From an uncultured archaeon (lineage in GTDB: Archaea > Asgardarchaeota > Lokiarchaeia > Sigyniarchaeales > SOKP01), in NCBI GenBank assembly GCA_964486045.1, contig CAZALK010000014.1, positions 89,244 to 153,243 of the forward strand: a stretch of 64,000 nucleotides of DNA. Reading direction: 5' to 3'. Below are positions 10,720-21,116 of the stretch, piece after piece. Each line of letters begins with the position of its first letter. Within the stretch, counting starts at the first letter, position 1. A program made the position numbers and the translations under genes. A model generated the notes under the pieces. That model was not told the origin of the DNA and did no database searches. It saw only the letters and a list, made by a program, of their open reading frames with translations.

Positions 10720-11886
10720 ATGTGTGATACTTTAGTAGCACTTGAAAATTCCACTCAAGAAGGAAGTGTTATTTTTGGTAAAAATTCTGATCGTCCAAAT
10801 GAGGAGGTTCAACTAATTACTTTTTCTCCAAGAGTTACATATCCCAAAGGAGAACAGTTAAAATGTACTTACATTTCTATTCCACAAGTTTCTGAGACTT
10901 ATGCTGTTTTATTAAGTCAACCATGGTGGATGTGGGGTGCTGAAATGGGTGCAAACGAGTATGAGGTTGTAATAGGGAATGAGGCAGTTCACACACATGA
11001 ACCTCTACAGAAAATAGGATTATTAGGAATGGATCTATTAAGGTTAGGTCTTGAAAGGGGAAACTCGGCTAGGAAATCTTTAGATATTATAACTAATTTA
11101 TTGGAAAAATACGGTCAAGGTGGTGGTTGCGCATATAATGATCCAAGTTGGTTATATCACAATTCATTTATAATCGCTGATCCTCACGAGGCCTATGTAT
11201 TAGAAACTGCTGATAAGTGGTGGATCGTTGAAAAAGTAAAGGATGTAAGATCTATATCTAATGGGTTATCTATTAGAGGAATAGGTGATATTAGAAGAAA
11301 GGGAATAATCGAACATGCAATAAATAAGGGCTATTGTCATGATGATAATGATTTTGATTTTTCAGTATCATTTTCGGGATTTCCAATTTCGTCAAATTTA
11401 TCACCATATTCAAGAGAAGGGAAAGCTGCTTTGTTATTGAGAGAAAATATTGGAAAAATTTCCCCCTCTTTAATGATGAATTTTCTTAGAGATCATCAAG
11501 CAGGTATTTGCATGCACGGTGGTTTTGAATCAACTGGCTCGCAAGTTTCTCATTTAAGTAATGAAAAAAAATCAATACACTGGTTCACAGGAACATCACT
11601 TCCTTGTGTTAGCATATATAAACCATATGTATTTCCTGTTGAGGGACAAAAGTATTATAGCCCCGGTCCATATTCTCTGATTAACCCTGACTGGTTTTGG
11701 AAGAAGCATCAAAATTTAAAGCCTAATAACCGCAATTCTGAACTTGAAAGAAATGAAAATTCAATTATTTCAAAAATGAGCCAATTGAAAAATCAAGAAA
11801 ATAAAATTTCTGGAGAAAAATTAACAGAAGAGATGAAAAAACTTAACCTGGAAGCTTGGGATAAGTCTTACGAGACAGTTAGATAA
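10720..11886 (+). CDS. secernin / peptidase C69 family, paralog 2
   Basis: MCDT, FGKNSDRP, WGAEMGANE, LLGMDLLRLGLER; abuts paralog 1 (TAG-ATG). Confidence 0.88.
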   Translation: MCDTLVALENSTQEGSVIFGKNSDRPNEEVQLITFSPRVTYPKGEQLKCTYISIPQVSETYAVLLSQPWWMWGAEMGANEYEVVIGNEAVHTHEPLQKIGLLGMDLLRLGLERGNSARKSLDIITNLLEKYGQGGGCAYNDPSWLYHNSFIIADPHEAYVLETADKWWIVEKVKDVRSISNGLSIRGIGDIRRKGIIEHAINKGYCHDDNDFDFSVSFSGFPISSNLSPYSREGKAALLLRENIGKISPSLMMNFLRDHQAGICMHGGFESTGSQVSHLSNEKKSIHWFTGTSLPCVSIYKPYVFPVEGQKYYSPGPYSLINPDWFWKKHQNLKPNNRNSELERNENSIISKMSQLKNQENKISGEKLTEEMKKLNLEAWDKSYETVR

Positions 11887-12171
11887 GGATTACCCTTTAG
11901 TAAATCCCTTATTAAATTTCGCAAACAAAATTCAAGTATTTTTTTTTAATATACTATCAACAAAGAGGACTAAATCTAAAAATACTTCCCAGCCGTTGGC
12001 ATACCGATAAAACTCATTGGGGAAATTTTTGTTTTACTAAAAGCAACTTTCATTGGTAGATATAAACAATGATTTGATACAGAAATCTTTTTTCATTAAT
12101 AAAACTTAATAGTTTAAGAGTATTTCTCTTAATAATTTATTATATTAAAATCTTGTATCGAGTTTTCATCG

Positions 12172-12468
12172 ATGTCATTGAATAAATTAGATGTTTTGGG
12201 TATGGAAGGAGTTATCTCAAATTATAAACGAGGTCGACATACAATCCACCAAAAACATTGTATTTTAGTTTTTTCAAAAATAAATACCCGAAAAGATGCT
12301 CATAAGCTTGTCGGTAGAACAGTTGTTTGGAAAAGCTCAAGTGGTAAAGAATTAAAAGGTAAAATCACACGCGCTCATGGAAATCATGGTGCTGTTAGAG
12401 CTCACTTTAAAAAAGCAGGTGTACCCGGTCAAGCACTTGGGACTAAAATTAAGATTATCAAATGGTAA
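12172..12468 (+). CDS. rpl35ae: 50S ribosomal protein L35Ae (eL33)
   Basis: NYKRGRH, GKITRAHGNHGAVRAHFK, PGQALG. Confidence 0.93.
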   Translation: MSLNKLDVLGMEGVISNYKRGRHTIHQKHCILVFSKINTRKDAHKLVGRTVVWKSSSGKELKGKITRAHGNHGAVRAHFKKAGVPGQALGTKIKIIKW

Positions 12469-12561
12469 ATTTCCCCTTCTTTTTTGTTTTATATTTCTTC
12501 AACATTTTTATAAATTCCGTAATGAAGAATTAATTCATGATATCATACTGCCACGAATTTA

Positions 12562-13140
12562 TTGATTTTCAAAATATTGTTTCTTGGTACACCCTCAGTG
12601 GGGAGAAAGAGTTTTTTAAAGAAGTACATTACACCCCACGAGAGTCATTTTAAGAATGCTCCACACTTTTATCAAGAGCAAGGAGTAGTCTTCTTTCAAA
12701 AAACTTTTTTATATAATCAATTCAAGATTAAAGCAACTTTCTGGCTTATTAATAATGACAATCCTCGGTTCAGGTATGCCTTTTCAAGCTTCTGCAAGGG
12801 GGCGAGTGGTGCTCTATTACTTTATGATGTGACAGATTCTAAAAGTCTTGAACGTCTCCCAGATTGGATTCAAATCATAAAATCTCATGCTGGAGCAGTT
12901 CCCATCTGCTTGGTGGGAACGAAAATTGACCTAGGTCATCAACGAGAAGTTACCACTGAGAAAGGGAATTCTCTGAAAAACTCAAATCAAATTTCCTCGT
13001 TCTCCGAAATATCCATTATCACTGGAGAGAATGTAGATAAGACCATTACCAAGTTACTTGAATTGATAAAAGAAGCAAGGAACGAGAAAGATGAACGGAA
13101 AATGATAGTGGCTCCAAGAAAGGAAGAATCAATAATATAA
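12562..13140 (+). CDS. Rab-like small GTPase with degenerate G1/G3 (putative pseudo-GTPase)
   Basis: FKILFLGTPSVGRKS, KGASGALLLYDVT, LVGTKIDL; lacks GK[ST] and DxxG. Confidence 0.8.
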   Translation: MIFKILFLGTPSVGRKSFLKKYITPHESHFKNAPHFYQEQGVVFFQKTFLYNQFKIKATFWLINNDNPRFRYAFSSFCKGASGALLLYDVTDSKSLERLPDWIQIIKSHAGAVPICLVGTKIDLGHQREVTTEKGNSLKNSNQISSFSEISIITGENVDKTITKLLELIKEARNEKDERKMIVAPRKEESII

Positions 13141-13359
13141 TTAACCAATAGCTTTAGGCAATTAGAAGCACATAAGAAATTCTTTCATGAATTTTTTAGC
13201 TATTCTCCAGTTAATTAAGAAATTGTATTCGAGAAAATTAGTGATGAATTTGAAACTAATGAATTAGTTAAAAATAAACTGAATGAACTCCAACTCCGTC
13301 TTTCAGGAGATTATTTTGATCGACATGGTATAAATAATCTTGTAAAAGAAATCGTATAC

Positions 13360-13638
13360 TTGGCCAATGGATTTGAACCGTATGAAGAAGACATATATAA
13401 GTGGACACAGATAATAGATTTTCATTGTTTACAATGTGGTAGTGAGAATATCGATTTGGTTTCTGATGATGATTACGTGTATTGCTCAAAGTGTAAGATG
13501 ACGTTTAAAAAGAGTGAATTTTTTGAGAATGTGCACGTGGGAATAAAGAGAGGATGGGCGATAAATTGTCCCAATTGTAGATATTCTATCGACTCGGAAG
13601 AGAAGTCTTGTTTCTTATGTAAGATTACATTATCTTAG
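13360..13638 (+). CDS. small multi-zinc-ribbon protein
   Basis: Four CxxC pairs. Confidence 0.55.
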   Translation: MANGFEPYEEDIYKWTQIIDFHCLQCGSENIDLVSDDDYVYCSKCKMTFKKSEFFENVHVGIKRGWAINCPNCRYSIDSEEKSCFLCKITLS

Positions 13639-13808
13639 CAGGATGTATTACCTTTGTCTCAGATTTTGGTATATTCGTGGATTCAAGCATGAAAAATTCA
13701 TATTGCTAGGATTTTCTTTTTTCTCTATGTTAAATTGGCGAAGTTTAAATTTAAAATTTCATTGGTAATTAAATACCAAAAAATTAAATTTTACAGGAGT
13801 GATTTAAA

Positions 13809-14174
13809 TTGAACGATGTGACGTCAAAATGTATAAGATGTTCCAAAACCGAAAACTTAAGGAATTACAAAATTAGGAGAAAAAAAGTAAAAGCAAAGGT
13901 GTGCCCTGATTGTAAGAAGATATTTTCCCGTTGGTTTATTATAGAAAGACTCTCGATAATTCTAATCCTGTTATCCGGGATGATCTTTTTACCATTAGCA
14001 GTAATCTCCAATATAGATTTTGTTTTCGAGGATTATAATCTAAATATTGTATGGAAGGGATTAATTTTAGGAAATATATTAACAGCCGTAAGTGTTATAC
14101 TTACTATAGCTGGCTTTGTTCTTTACATTTGGAATAAAAGTATATCAAAAAATAATCCGAGTCGTTTTGTTTGA
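13809..14174 (+). CDS. hypothetical membrane protein with N-terminal Zn ribbon
   Basis: CxxC...CxxC then two TM segments; GGAGTGA SD upstream. Confidence 0.55.
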   Translation: MNDVTSKCIRCSKTENLRNYKIRRKKVKAKVCPDCKKIFSRWFIIERLSIILILLSGMIFLPLAVISNIDFVFEDYNLNIVWKGLILGNILTAVSVILTIAGFVLYIWNKSISKNNPSRFV

Positions 14175-14487
14175 TTAAATATGTTTAAAATTTGAATTAA
14201 AATTCTTTTTTTCTTTAACCAGAGAATAATAAATGATAATTTTTTTAGTTTTCAGAAGAAATTTTAGAAGAAGTATGTAAAAAACCACCTAAGTAATATG
14301 AAACATAAGAAAAAGCACCAAATGAAATTCAATATAATTCCGAAACCTTAGGATGTTAAAAAATTTGTACTGTCGCTTAGTGGAGACTCAAAAAAAAGCC
14401 TTTTATATATCCACATCTTCGCATTGATGTGTTTTTCTTTTTTTTAGATTATTTTAAGCTGAAATCTTTTTTGATTGTGATGGCCTC

Positions 14488-14561
14488 TTCACTACCTCGT
14501 GAACTTATTTGTAAGGAAAGGTAGATGTTTACTTATTCTAAGTTCACTAAAGAGTGAACTT
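14488..14561. promoter_or_regulatory. pair of palindromic TTCAC-N6-GTGAA(CTT) sites, putative operator
   Basis: ttcac-tacctc-gtgaactt at 14488 and aagttcac-taaaga-gtgaactt at 14540-14561; cores 55 bp apart in a long intergenic gap. Confidence 0.4.
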
Positions 14562-14910
14562 GATATTTATTAGCTTTTTAGGATCGACAGGAATATTTCT
14601 AATTTTTAACATTCAAAAACGGTTAAATTTCGACTATTATTCCATCTAATTAGATAATTGCTACAATTCTAAACAAGCATAAGACCATACTTTTTAAAAA
14701 TTAAATTCAATCTTTTTAATGTAATTAAAATTTGTGTCGAAATATTTTTTTATATTTTATTCCAATCAGCTTAACCATTCTCATTATATCCAGATATTAC
14801 ATGATACATGAATAATATAATTATTTAATTATAGCCAAATTCATTTTATCTTTGATTAAGCGATTTATAGCAGATTTTCTCATATTCTAAGGTTGGGTTA
14901 AAAATTTAAA

Positions 14911-16923
14911 ATGCCAGAACAAATGTGTCGTTTTTGCCAGAAGCATGTTCAATTAGCTTATTATTGTGAGGAGTGTGGTGTTAGCTGTTGCTCTGATTGC
15001 TTGCACGAGGGAAAGGTCGATTATTATGTGTGTAGGGGTTGCGGTTCAAAAAGTGTGGGGGATAAGAAGGTAAAAGTGTGTCAGGAATGCGGAGAGGAGA
15101 GCATCACCAAAGAGATTATGAGTTTAAAATCATGCCCAAAATGTGGTTCTCACAAAATAATTAATATTTATGAGAAAAAAGAAGAACTAGAGAAAAGTTT
15201 CTTAGACTTAATTAAACACTCTCGGTCTTTTATTAACCCACTAAAAGAAATTCTCGATAAATTATTTATTCTGCAACAAAAAATCAAAAAAGCTCGAGAT
15301 CCTCCTATTAGATGTTATCATTTTCCCAAAATGGAATCTGACCTATTAGCTCTTTTTAAATTATTTATTTACGTTCAAAATACTTTATATGATAAAATTC
15401 GGGCTCTCTACAAGCAGATGGTGCTAAATCAAAGCTATTTCCTTGATATTTACTCTCAACCTAACACCAATATTACAATTATAGAAAATCTACTTGATAA
15501 TTTACTACGAAGTTACAATTCAATAAAAATCTTTATTGATAACAATGTAGATACCTTTAAAGGGAGTGTCAATTCTTTTGAAAGCAATCTAAAATTCATC
15601 AAAAAAATCAGCTTGTATTTTTCAACCTATAAGAATTTTTTGAACCTAGCGGACAAAGAAAAACCGGTGTATGCCATTTACGCGAAATTGACAAATGGGT
15701 TAAACACGGAAGAGAAACTTAAGAAAGATAAGGGAATACTATTTATTACAAATTTAGATTTATCCTTTGTTCACGAGCATGGTAGAAGAAAGAAGAAGCA
15801 AACTTTAACTTTTAAAGCTCCTGTTCGAGATTTAATAAGAATCAGGGATAAAGGAAAATTTTTCAAGAAGCTGTACATAGAATTTGAGTATGGAAAATAC
15901 GAATTTACGTTTCCTCCTAAATCAATCAAAATCAATCAAATCATTGAGTATATTCTTCTATCTAGAAATTTTGATGAAACTACAGTCTATGATAGCAAAT
16001 CCGCTTCTAAACTTCAAAGAATTGATATTGACTTAAACAGTTTAACAGAGTTCATTGAGGAAAGTATTAATTCATTTTTTAGCTTAAAATGCCAGTATAA
16101 TAAGAGTTATGAAAATGGCAATAACAATAAAATTCCACCTCAAAATCCTAACCTATATCCCAACCAGATTCAAAATACAATTCCTCAGAATTATCAACAA
16201 GGTATGTCTTACCAAAATCCTAATTTTGGACAATTTCAAATTAACCAACCAAGAATGCAAAATATAAATTATCAAAATTCACCTTATCCTCCACCTGCTC
16301 CTGTTCAACCCTCCCAAGGTTTTAATAACTATGTAAATCCAATAAACCAATATCAGACATATCCTCGTTATGAAAGCAAATTCTTCCAACAAAATGTATA
16401 CAATCCAAACAGGTACCAAAATTATAATCCCCAAGCAAATAATAATAACCTTGAAGAAATACTTGAATTTGATGAAAGTAATATTCTATCAAGAAATTTA
16501 AATCAACCCCAAAGATTCAATTCACAAAGTCCGAATGCTATAACTCATGATATGCTTGGTGATAAACAATTTCAAGAATATAACAAAAATCATTTATCTG
16601 AATTATTCAATTCAAGTAATTCCTTAACACAGCAACCGTATGGATATAAGAGAAAGCTGTTTAAATTAGATAGTGAAAAACAAAAAAAAATGCTTGAACT
16701 ACAAAAAGATCATTATAGTCTTAAAGCAACATTGAAAAAACTTGAATCAAAATTTGATCAAGGATCAATATCAGAAAGCGATTATTTTCGAACTTACAGG
16801 AATTTGAATAAAGAGATTTATCTAATCGATAATAAAATTCAAACCTTAAAACAAAATCTAGAAGAGTTAGAATCAATTAAACAAAGTAGTAGGAATTTTG
16901 ATAATAAAGGTTTTTATACTTAG
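14911..16923 (+). CDS. multidomain protein: B-box-like/Zn ribbons, coiled coil, PH-like, Q/N/P/Y-rich region, Vps23-like steadiness box
   Basis: CxxC.KH...YYCEEC...CSDC; KGILFITNLDLSF; low-complexity segment at about aa 400-540; C-terminal LKATLKKLESKFDQGSISESDYFRTYRNLNKEIY. Confidence 0.6.
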   Translation: MPEQMCRFCQKHVQLAYYCEECGVSCCSDCLHEGKVDYYVCRGCGSKSVGDKKVKVCQECGEESITKEIMSLKSCPKCGSHKIINIYEKKEELEKSFLDLIKHSRSFINPLKEILDKLFILQQKIKKARDPPIRCYHFPKMESDLLALFKLFIYVQNTLYDKIRALYKQMVLNQSYFLDIYSQPNTNITIIENLLDNLLRSYNSIKIFIDNNVDTFKGSVNSFESNLKFIKKISLYFSTYKNFLNLADKEKPVYAIYAKLTNGLNTEEKLKKDKGILFITNLDLSFVHEHGRRKKKQTLTFKAPVRDLIRIRDKGKFFKKLYIEFEYGKYEFTFPPKSIKINQIIEYILLSRNFDETTVYDSKSASKLQRIDIDLNSLTEFIEESINSFFSLKCQYNKSYENGNNNKIPPQNPNLYPNQIQNTIPQNYQQGMSYQNPNFGQFQINQPRMQNINYQNSPYPPPAPVQPSQGFNNYVNPINQYQTYPRYESKFFQQNVYNPNRYQNYNPQANNNNLEEILEFDESNILSRNLNQPQRFNSQSPNAITHDMLGDKQFQEYNKNHLSELFNSSNSLTQQPYGYKRKLFKLDSEKQKKMLELQKDHYSLKATLKKLESKFDQGSISESDYFRTYRNLNKEIYLIDNKIQTLKQNLEELESIKQSSRNFDNKGFYT

Positions 16924-17003
16924 TTCTCTTTTCAACTTATTCTATGCAGAAACAACATAATTGTTTAATCTAGATTTATATTCTATTAACTCTTATAAAT
17001 ACT

Positions 17004-18023
17004 ATGGATAAAGAAGGATTATTTACTACCGTCGTCGGCAGCTGGCCTTTAAGTAATAAACCCGATAATATGGTTAAAGCTTTTAGTGATCAAATTGAAG
17101 CTGGTATTGATTTTCCATCATATCCTCAATTAGTTTCTATGATTAGTCAATTTTTATCTCCTTTAGCCAAAAGTGTTGATCAATTAGAAGAAGAAAATGA
17201 GAAGTTTTACTTAACTAATGATTTTAAAATTCCCAAAAATCCAATAGCCTTAGAATACGGAGAATTTATTAACGAATTTTTTAGTGAGCGACGATCTCTT
17301 TTAGAAAAGATTAAAGGAACAAAAGCCTGCCTTACGGGACCATTGACATTAGCTGCTGAAATTATACTGAAAGGAGAAATCGCTCAAGGGGTAAAGCCGA
17401 AAGTTTTTTCAGAACCTAGGGCAATTATGGTTGATTGGATTGTAGAAAAAATCGCAGAAGTCATGAAACAAGTGGGAAAAGCATATAATGATATGGGAAT
17501 TGATATTATTTCCATGGATGAACCTCTTCTAGGAGTGTTAGTAGGACGGAAACCCCTATTTCACTCCGAAGATTTTTTAGTAGAAATTTTAAACAAATCA
17601 ATTTCACAAATAAAAAAAATTTCATCGATTCATGTATGTGGGAGAATAAGTCCAAAATTACGAGATTTACTCCTTCAGACAGATGTAAAAATACTAGATC
17701 ATGAATTTACGACAAATGAGAAAAACTTTGAGATTTTTCAGAAAGAACATTTCGAAAACACAGATAAGTTCTTAGCTCTAGGCACTGTAAAATCAATGTT
17801 TGGCCCCGAAAAAAGCAATAACATTAATGATTATGTTGAAAAAATAGATTTCCTCGAAAATTATCTTAATAAAGCGATTAACCAATATGGAAAAGAAAAT
17901 TTAATAATAAAACCTGATTGTGGTTTTTTACCATTAAAAGATACTTTTGGAGAAAAAGAAGGCTATGAAATATCAATATGTAAAGTAAAAAATATGGTAC
18001 AAGCCTTAAAGAATATAAAATAA
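17004..18023 (+). CDS. metE: cobalamin-independent methionine synthase, catalytic-domain type
   Basis: TTVVGSWP, LTGPLTL, DEP, Zn ligands HVCG and KPDCG. Confidence 0.8.
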   Translation: MDKEGLFTTVVGSWPLSNKPDNMVKAFSDQIEAGIDFPSYPQLVSMISQFLSPLAKSVDQLEEENEKFYLTNDFKIPKNPIALEYGEFINEFFSERRSLLEKIKGTKACLTGPLTLAAEIILKGEIAQGVKPKVFSEPRAIMVDWIVEKIAEVMKQVGKAYNDMGIDIISMDEPLLGVLVGRKPLFHSEDFLVEILNKSISQIKKISSIHVCGRISPKLRDLLLQTDVKILDHEFTTNEKNFEIFQKEHFENTDKFLALGTVKSMFGPEKSNNINDYVEKIDFLENYLNKAINQYGKENLIIKPDCGFLPLKDTFGEKEGYEISICKVKNMVQALKNIK

Positions 18024-18064
18024 CGATTATTCCTAAAAATTTAAAAATTCTTTAAAAAAATAAT

Positions 18065-18724
18065 TTATGTTTCAAGTTCTTTACGTAATTTCTCGATTTC
18101 GTCTTGGAGTTTCTCTTTTGATTTAAGTTCTGTATCCTCTTCTAGAGTATCATATTCTGGTATGTACTGAAGGTCATCAGAGGGTGTATCAGGCATAGTT
18201 CCTCCTTGATCAAGCAACATTTCAGTCTCAAGTTGATCCAATTCTTCCGATACGTCAATAGCAAGATCAATTTCAGGATCTCCGGCTAATATATCTGCGG
18301 CTTCTTCAATTTCAGCAACATATGCTTCAGAATCCTCTGCAATTTCAGCAACCTTAGCAGGTGAAGCTTTAGTGGCAATGAATTCTAATTCATCCCGTAT
18401 ACCACTGAATAAATTGCCTGTTTGTGAAATTAATTGACCTTCTTCAATTGCTTGGATCTGGCGTTCTATTTTAGCCCTAATATTATTTGTTCTATCAACT
18501 TTAGCATTATATGATTTGTATTGAATAAGAAAATTCTTAGCGCGAGCTTTTTCACCGCGTTTTAAAGCAATTTTAGCATTTTTTCGGCTTATTTCAGCAC
18601 GCTTGTTAAAGTTTCTATTAATTACATTCATTCTATGGATATGACTCTTGGCTTTAGAGACGAGGTCGTCTTTTTCCTTCCCTTTACGAGGAAATAATTT
18701 TTTCTTTAGACCCAAGGTTATCAA
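18065..18724 (-). CDS. ESCRT-III Snf7-family protein (Vps20/32/60-like)
   Basis: Basic helical N-half (AKIALKRGEKARAKNFL), acidic C-half (DVSEELDQLE, MPDTP), terminal helix LQDEIEKLRKELE; likely start TTG 18715 (MGLKKKLF). Confidence 0.8.
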   Translation of the reverse strand: MITLGLKKKLFPRKGKEKDDLVSKAKSHIHRMNVINRNFNKRAEISRKNAKIALKRGEKARAKNFLIQYKSYNAKVDRTNNIRAKIERQIQAIEEGQLISQTGNLFSGIRDELEFIATKASPAKVAEIAEDSEAYVAEIEEAADILAGDPEIDLAIDVSEELDQLETEMLLDQGGTMPDTPSDDLQYIPEYDTLEEDTELKSKEKLQDEIEKLRKELET

Positions 18725-18857
18725 CTGTTATTTTTTTTTCTATTTTATGAATTATATGAATTTACTAACTTAAAAATTTAATAATAAACCAATACATTAT
18801 ATTAAAAGAATTTCGATAAAAAAACTTTCATAGTCCAAAGTCTGAGAATTTGATGTC

Positions 18858-19973
18858 ATGAAAACAATAATCTTAAATTTTGAAAACAAACCTGGGAATT
18901 TCAAAGAATTAGTCCAAGAAGCATTTAACAAGGATATCCTAAATTTTTTAGTTTCCAAAGAAACTTATTCTGAGTTAGAAAAAATAGAGCGTGTAAATCT
19001 TTATACAAAAGATATGAGTATACCCACCAATTTTTTCATAGCTGAAAGTGAAGAGGAGATTAAGGAGTTACTATCTGACAAGCAATTTTCAGAAAGGGGT
19101 ATTGGATTTTATAAAGAATTAAAATCAAAAGATGATGAGTTAACGATTTTAGATATTGCTAAAGAAAAGCAAGTTGATTTCGTAATTGTTTCTGCTAGTG
19201 ATTGGAAAATAATCCCTTTTGAAAATCTTATCGCAGAGATGCATAAAAACGATACTGATTTAATTGCTGCAGTAACTGACACTCAGGAAGCGGAATTGAT
19301 GTTAAAAACAATGGAAATTGGTGTGGATGGGATTCTTATTTTACCAAAAACTGCTAACGACATTATTGAGTTAAAAAATCTAATGCATCCTACTTTCAAG
19401 CTTGAACTACAAACGGCAAAAATCGTTAATATTGAGATTATACCTGAAGCTGAAAGAGTTTGTGTAGACACTACATCTTTATTAAATATAGGAGAAGGAC
19501 TCCTAGTTGGATCTACAGCAGCAGGATTCTGTTTGATACATTCTGAAACGTTTGAGACGGAGTTTGTAGCATCTAGGCCATTTAGAGTTAATGCGGGAGA
19601 TGTATCGGCATACGTATTAGTTCCTGATGAGGATCCTGAAAACTTATACCGTACTAAATATTTGAGTGAATTGAAAGGTGGAGACAAGGCTTTAGCAGTT
19701 ACGAATATGGGTGAAGCAAGAATTGTTTCAATAGGGAGGGTTAAAATTGAAACCCGACCAATGCTGAGATTTGAACTGGAAGTCACTATGGCTGATAAAA
19801 TAATTCCAATTAGCTGTATATGTCAAAACGCTGAGACAATTCGATTAGTTGGAGAAGATGGTAAAGCTAAATCTGTTGTTGATATAAAACGTGGAGATAA
19901 TGTTTTAGTCCATATCGGCCCTGGAGCTACTCATTTTGGAACAGCTATAAAAGAAACTATTATTGAAAAGTAA
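18858..19973 (+). CDS. 3-dehydroquinate synthase II (AroB')
   Basis: DWKIIPFENLIA, RVCVDT, SRPFRVNAG, GRVKIETRP, QNAETIRL. Confidence 0.93.
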   Translation: MKTIILNFENKPGNFKELVQEAFNKDILNFLVSKETYSELEKIERVNLYTKDMSIPTNFFIAESEEEIKELLSDKQFSERGIGFYKELKSKDDELTILDIAKEKQVDFVIVSASDWKIIPFENLIAEMHKNDTDLIAAVTDTQEAELMLKTMEIGVDGILILPKTANDIIELKNLMHPTFKLELQTAKIVNIEIIPEAERVCVDTTSLLNIGEGLLVGSTAAGFCLIHSETFETEFVASRPFRVNAGDVSAYVLVPDEDPENLYRTKYLSELKGGDKALAVTNMGEARIVSIGRVKIETRPMLRFELEVTMADKIIPISCICQNAETIRLVGEDGKAKSVVDIKRGDNVLVHIGPGATHFGTAIKETIIEK

Positions 19974-19997
19974 AACAAGGAAGAATATTTATCATAT

Positions 19998-21116
19998 TTA
20001 GACATTCGAGTTTTTAAATAAGGGAATAATCTCTTCACTGATAATTCTCGAAGCATCCCAATAAGTAAAAGGTGCATTCTTACTCGAAGCTCCATTATTT
20101 GAAGAAAATATGAAATGATCAGCCCCGGCTTCAATATAGCTGCGAATTTTTTTAATGATTTCTTCCTTCGATCCAATCATTGCGCTTTCACGAATTAAAT
20201 CATCCGGAATTTCGTTCAAAATTGGTGCTAACTTACTATAATCAAACTTTGCAACATCTTCTCTATCGATCTTTAAAACATTCAATTCTTCACTTTTGAA
20301 TCCTGTAACCTGTAAATAGAGATCTTCGTATTCATCTTTCCAAAATCCTAATTCTTTAATCCTTTGTGGATTATTCAATAACCCATATTTACTTCCTTGT
20401 ATTCTCTGGTTGATTATATTTTCATCATCATTCACATAAGTAAATTGGAATATACCGAATGAAAATTTCTCCAAATCTCTTCCATTTTCTTTCATAGCTT
20501 GAGTTATTATCTCTTTTTTATTTTTATAAGTAACAGGATCAATCCCAACAGGCATCCAACCATCCGCAATTTCTCCGGTCAGCTTCAAAGTTTTGGGACT
20601 ATTAGATCCTATCCAAATAGGAATTTCTGATACAGGTGTGGGAAGCAATCTAGCCTTTTCAGCATTATAGTGTTGTCCACCGAACGAAATATTTCTACCC
20701 TCTTTCCACGACAATTTCATAAATTTGATAGATTCTCTCATTTTAGAAAGAGCATGAGCACGTGGTATACCATAAGCCTTTAAATTCATTGCTTCACCCG
20801 CTCCAATCCCTAATATAAAATTTCCTTCAGTAAGATGGTTTACTGATGTACATAGTTGTGCCAATACTGCTGGATGGATTCGGTGTGGATCTGTAACTGC
20901 TGTTCCGAAGGATTTTCCTTTAACTAATTCTGCCATTGAACCAAATAATACCCAAACACTCAAAAAATCATCAATTAAAGCTCCACTCATACCAGTAAGA
21001 TGATCAGGAAGCCAAAGTGAATCCCAATTCTCTTTACTTGCTGCTATGACTTTTTTTCGGAAAAAATCATAAGAATGTGTGTAATACAATTGATGTCCAA
21101 ATTTTATATCTTTCAT
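19998..21116 (-). CDS. LLM-class (probably F420-dependent) oxidoreductase
   Basis: WLPDH, HPAVLAQ, LGIGAGE, ADGW. Confidence 0.88.
   Translation of the reverse strand: MKDIKFGHQLYYTHSYDFFRKKVIAASKENWDSLWLPDHLTGMSGALIDDFLSVWVLFGSMAELVKGKSFGTAVTDPHRIHPAVLAQLCTSVNHLTEGNFILGIGAGEAMNLKAYGIPRAHALSKMRESIKFMKLSWKEGRNISFGGQHYNAEKARLLPTPVSEIPIWIGSNSPKTLKLTGEIADGWMPVGIDPVTYKNKKEIITQAMKENGRDLEKFSFGIFQFTYVNDDENIINQRIQGSKYGLLNNPQRIKELGFWKDEYEDLYLQVTGFKSEELNVLKIDREDVAKFDYSKLAPILNEIPDDLIRESAMIGSKEEIIKKIRSYIEAGADHFIFSSNNGASSKNAPFTYWDASRIISEEIIPLFKNSNV

Noticed and set aside
19283-19786. Antisense ORFs inside well-supported genes (e.g. 1365, 6130, 19283, 25153-25767, 35213, 40082-40668)
   Set aside because: Shadow ORFs opposite conserved genes, with no recognisable motifs
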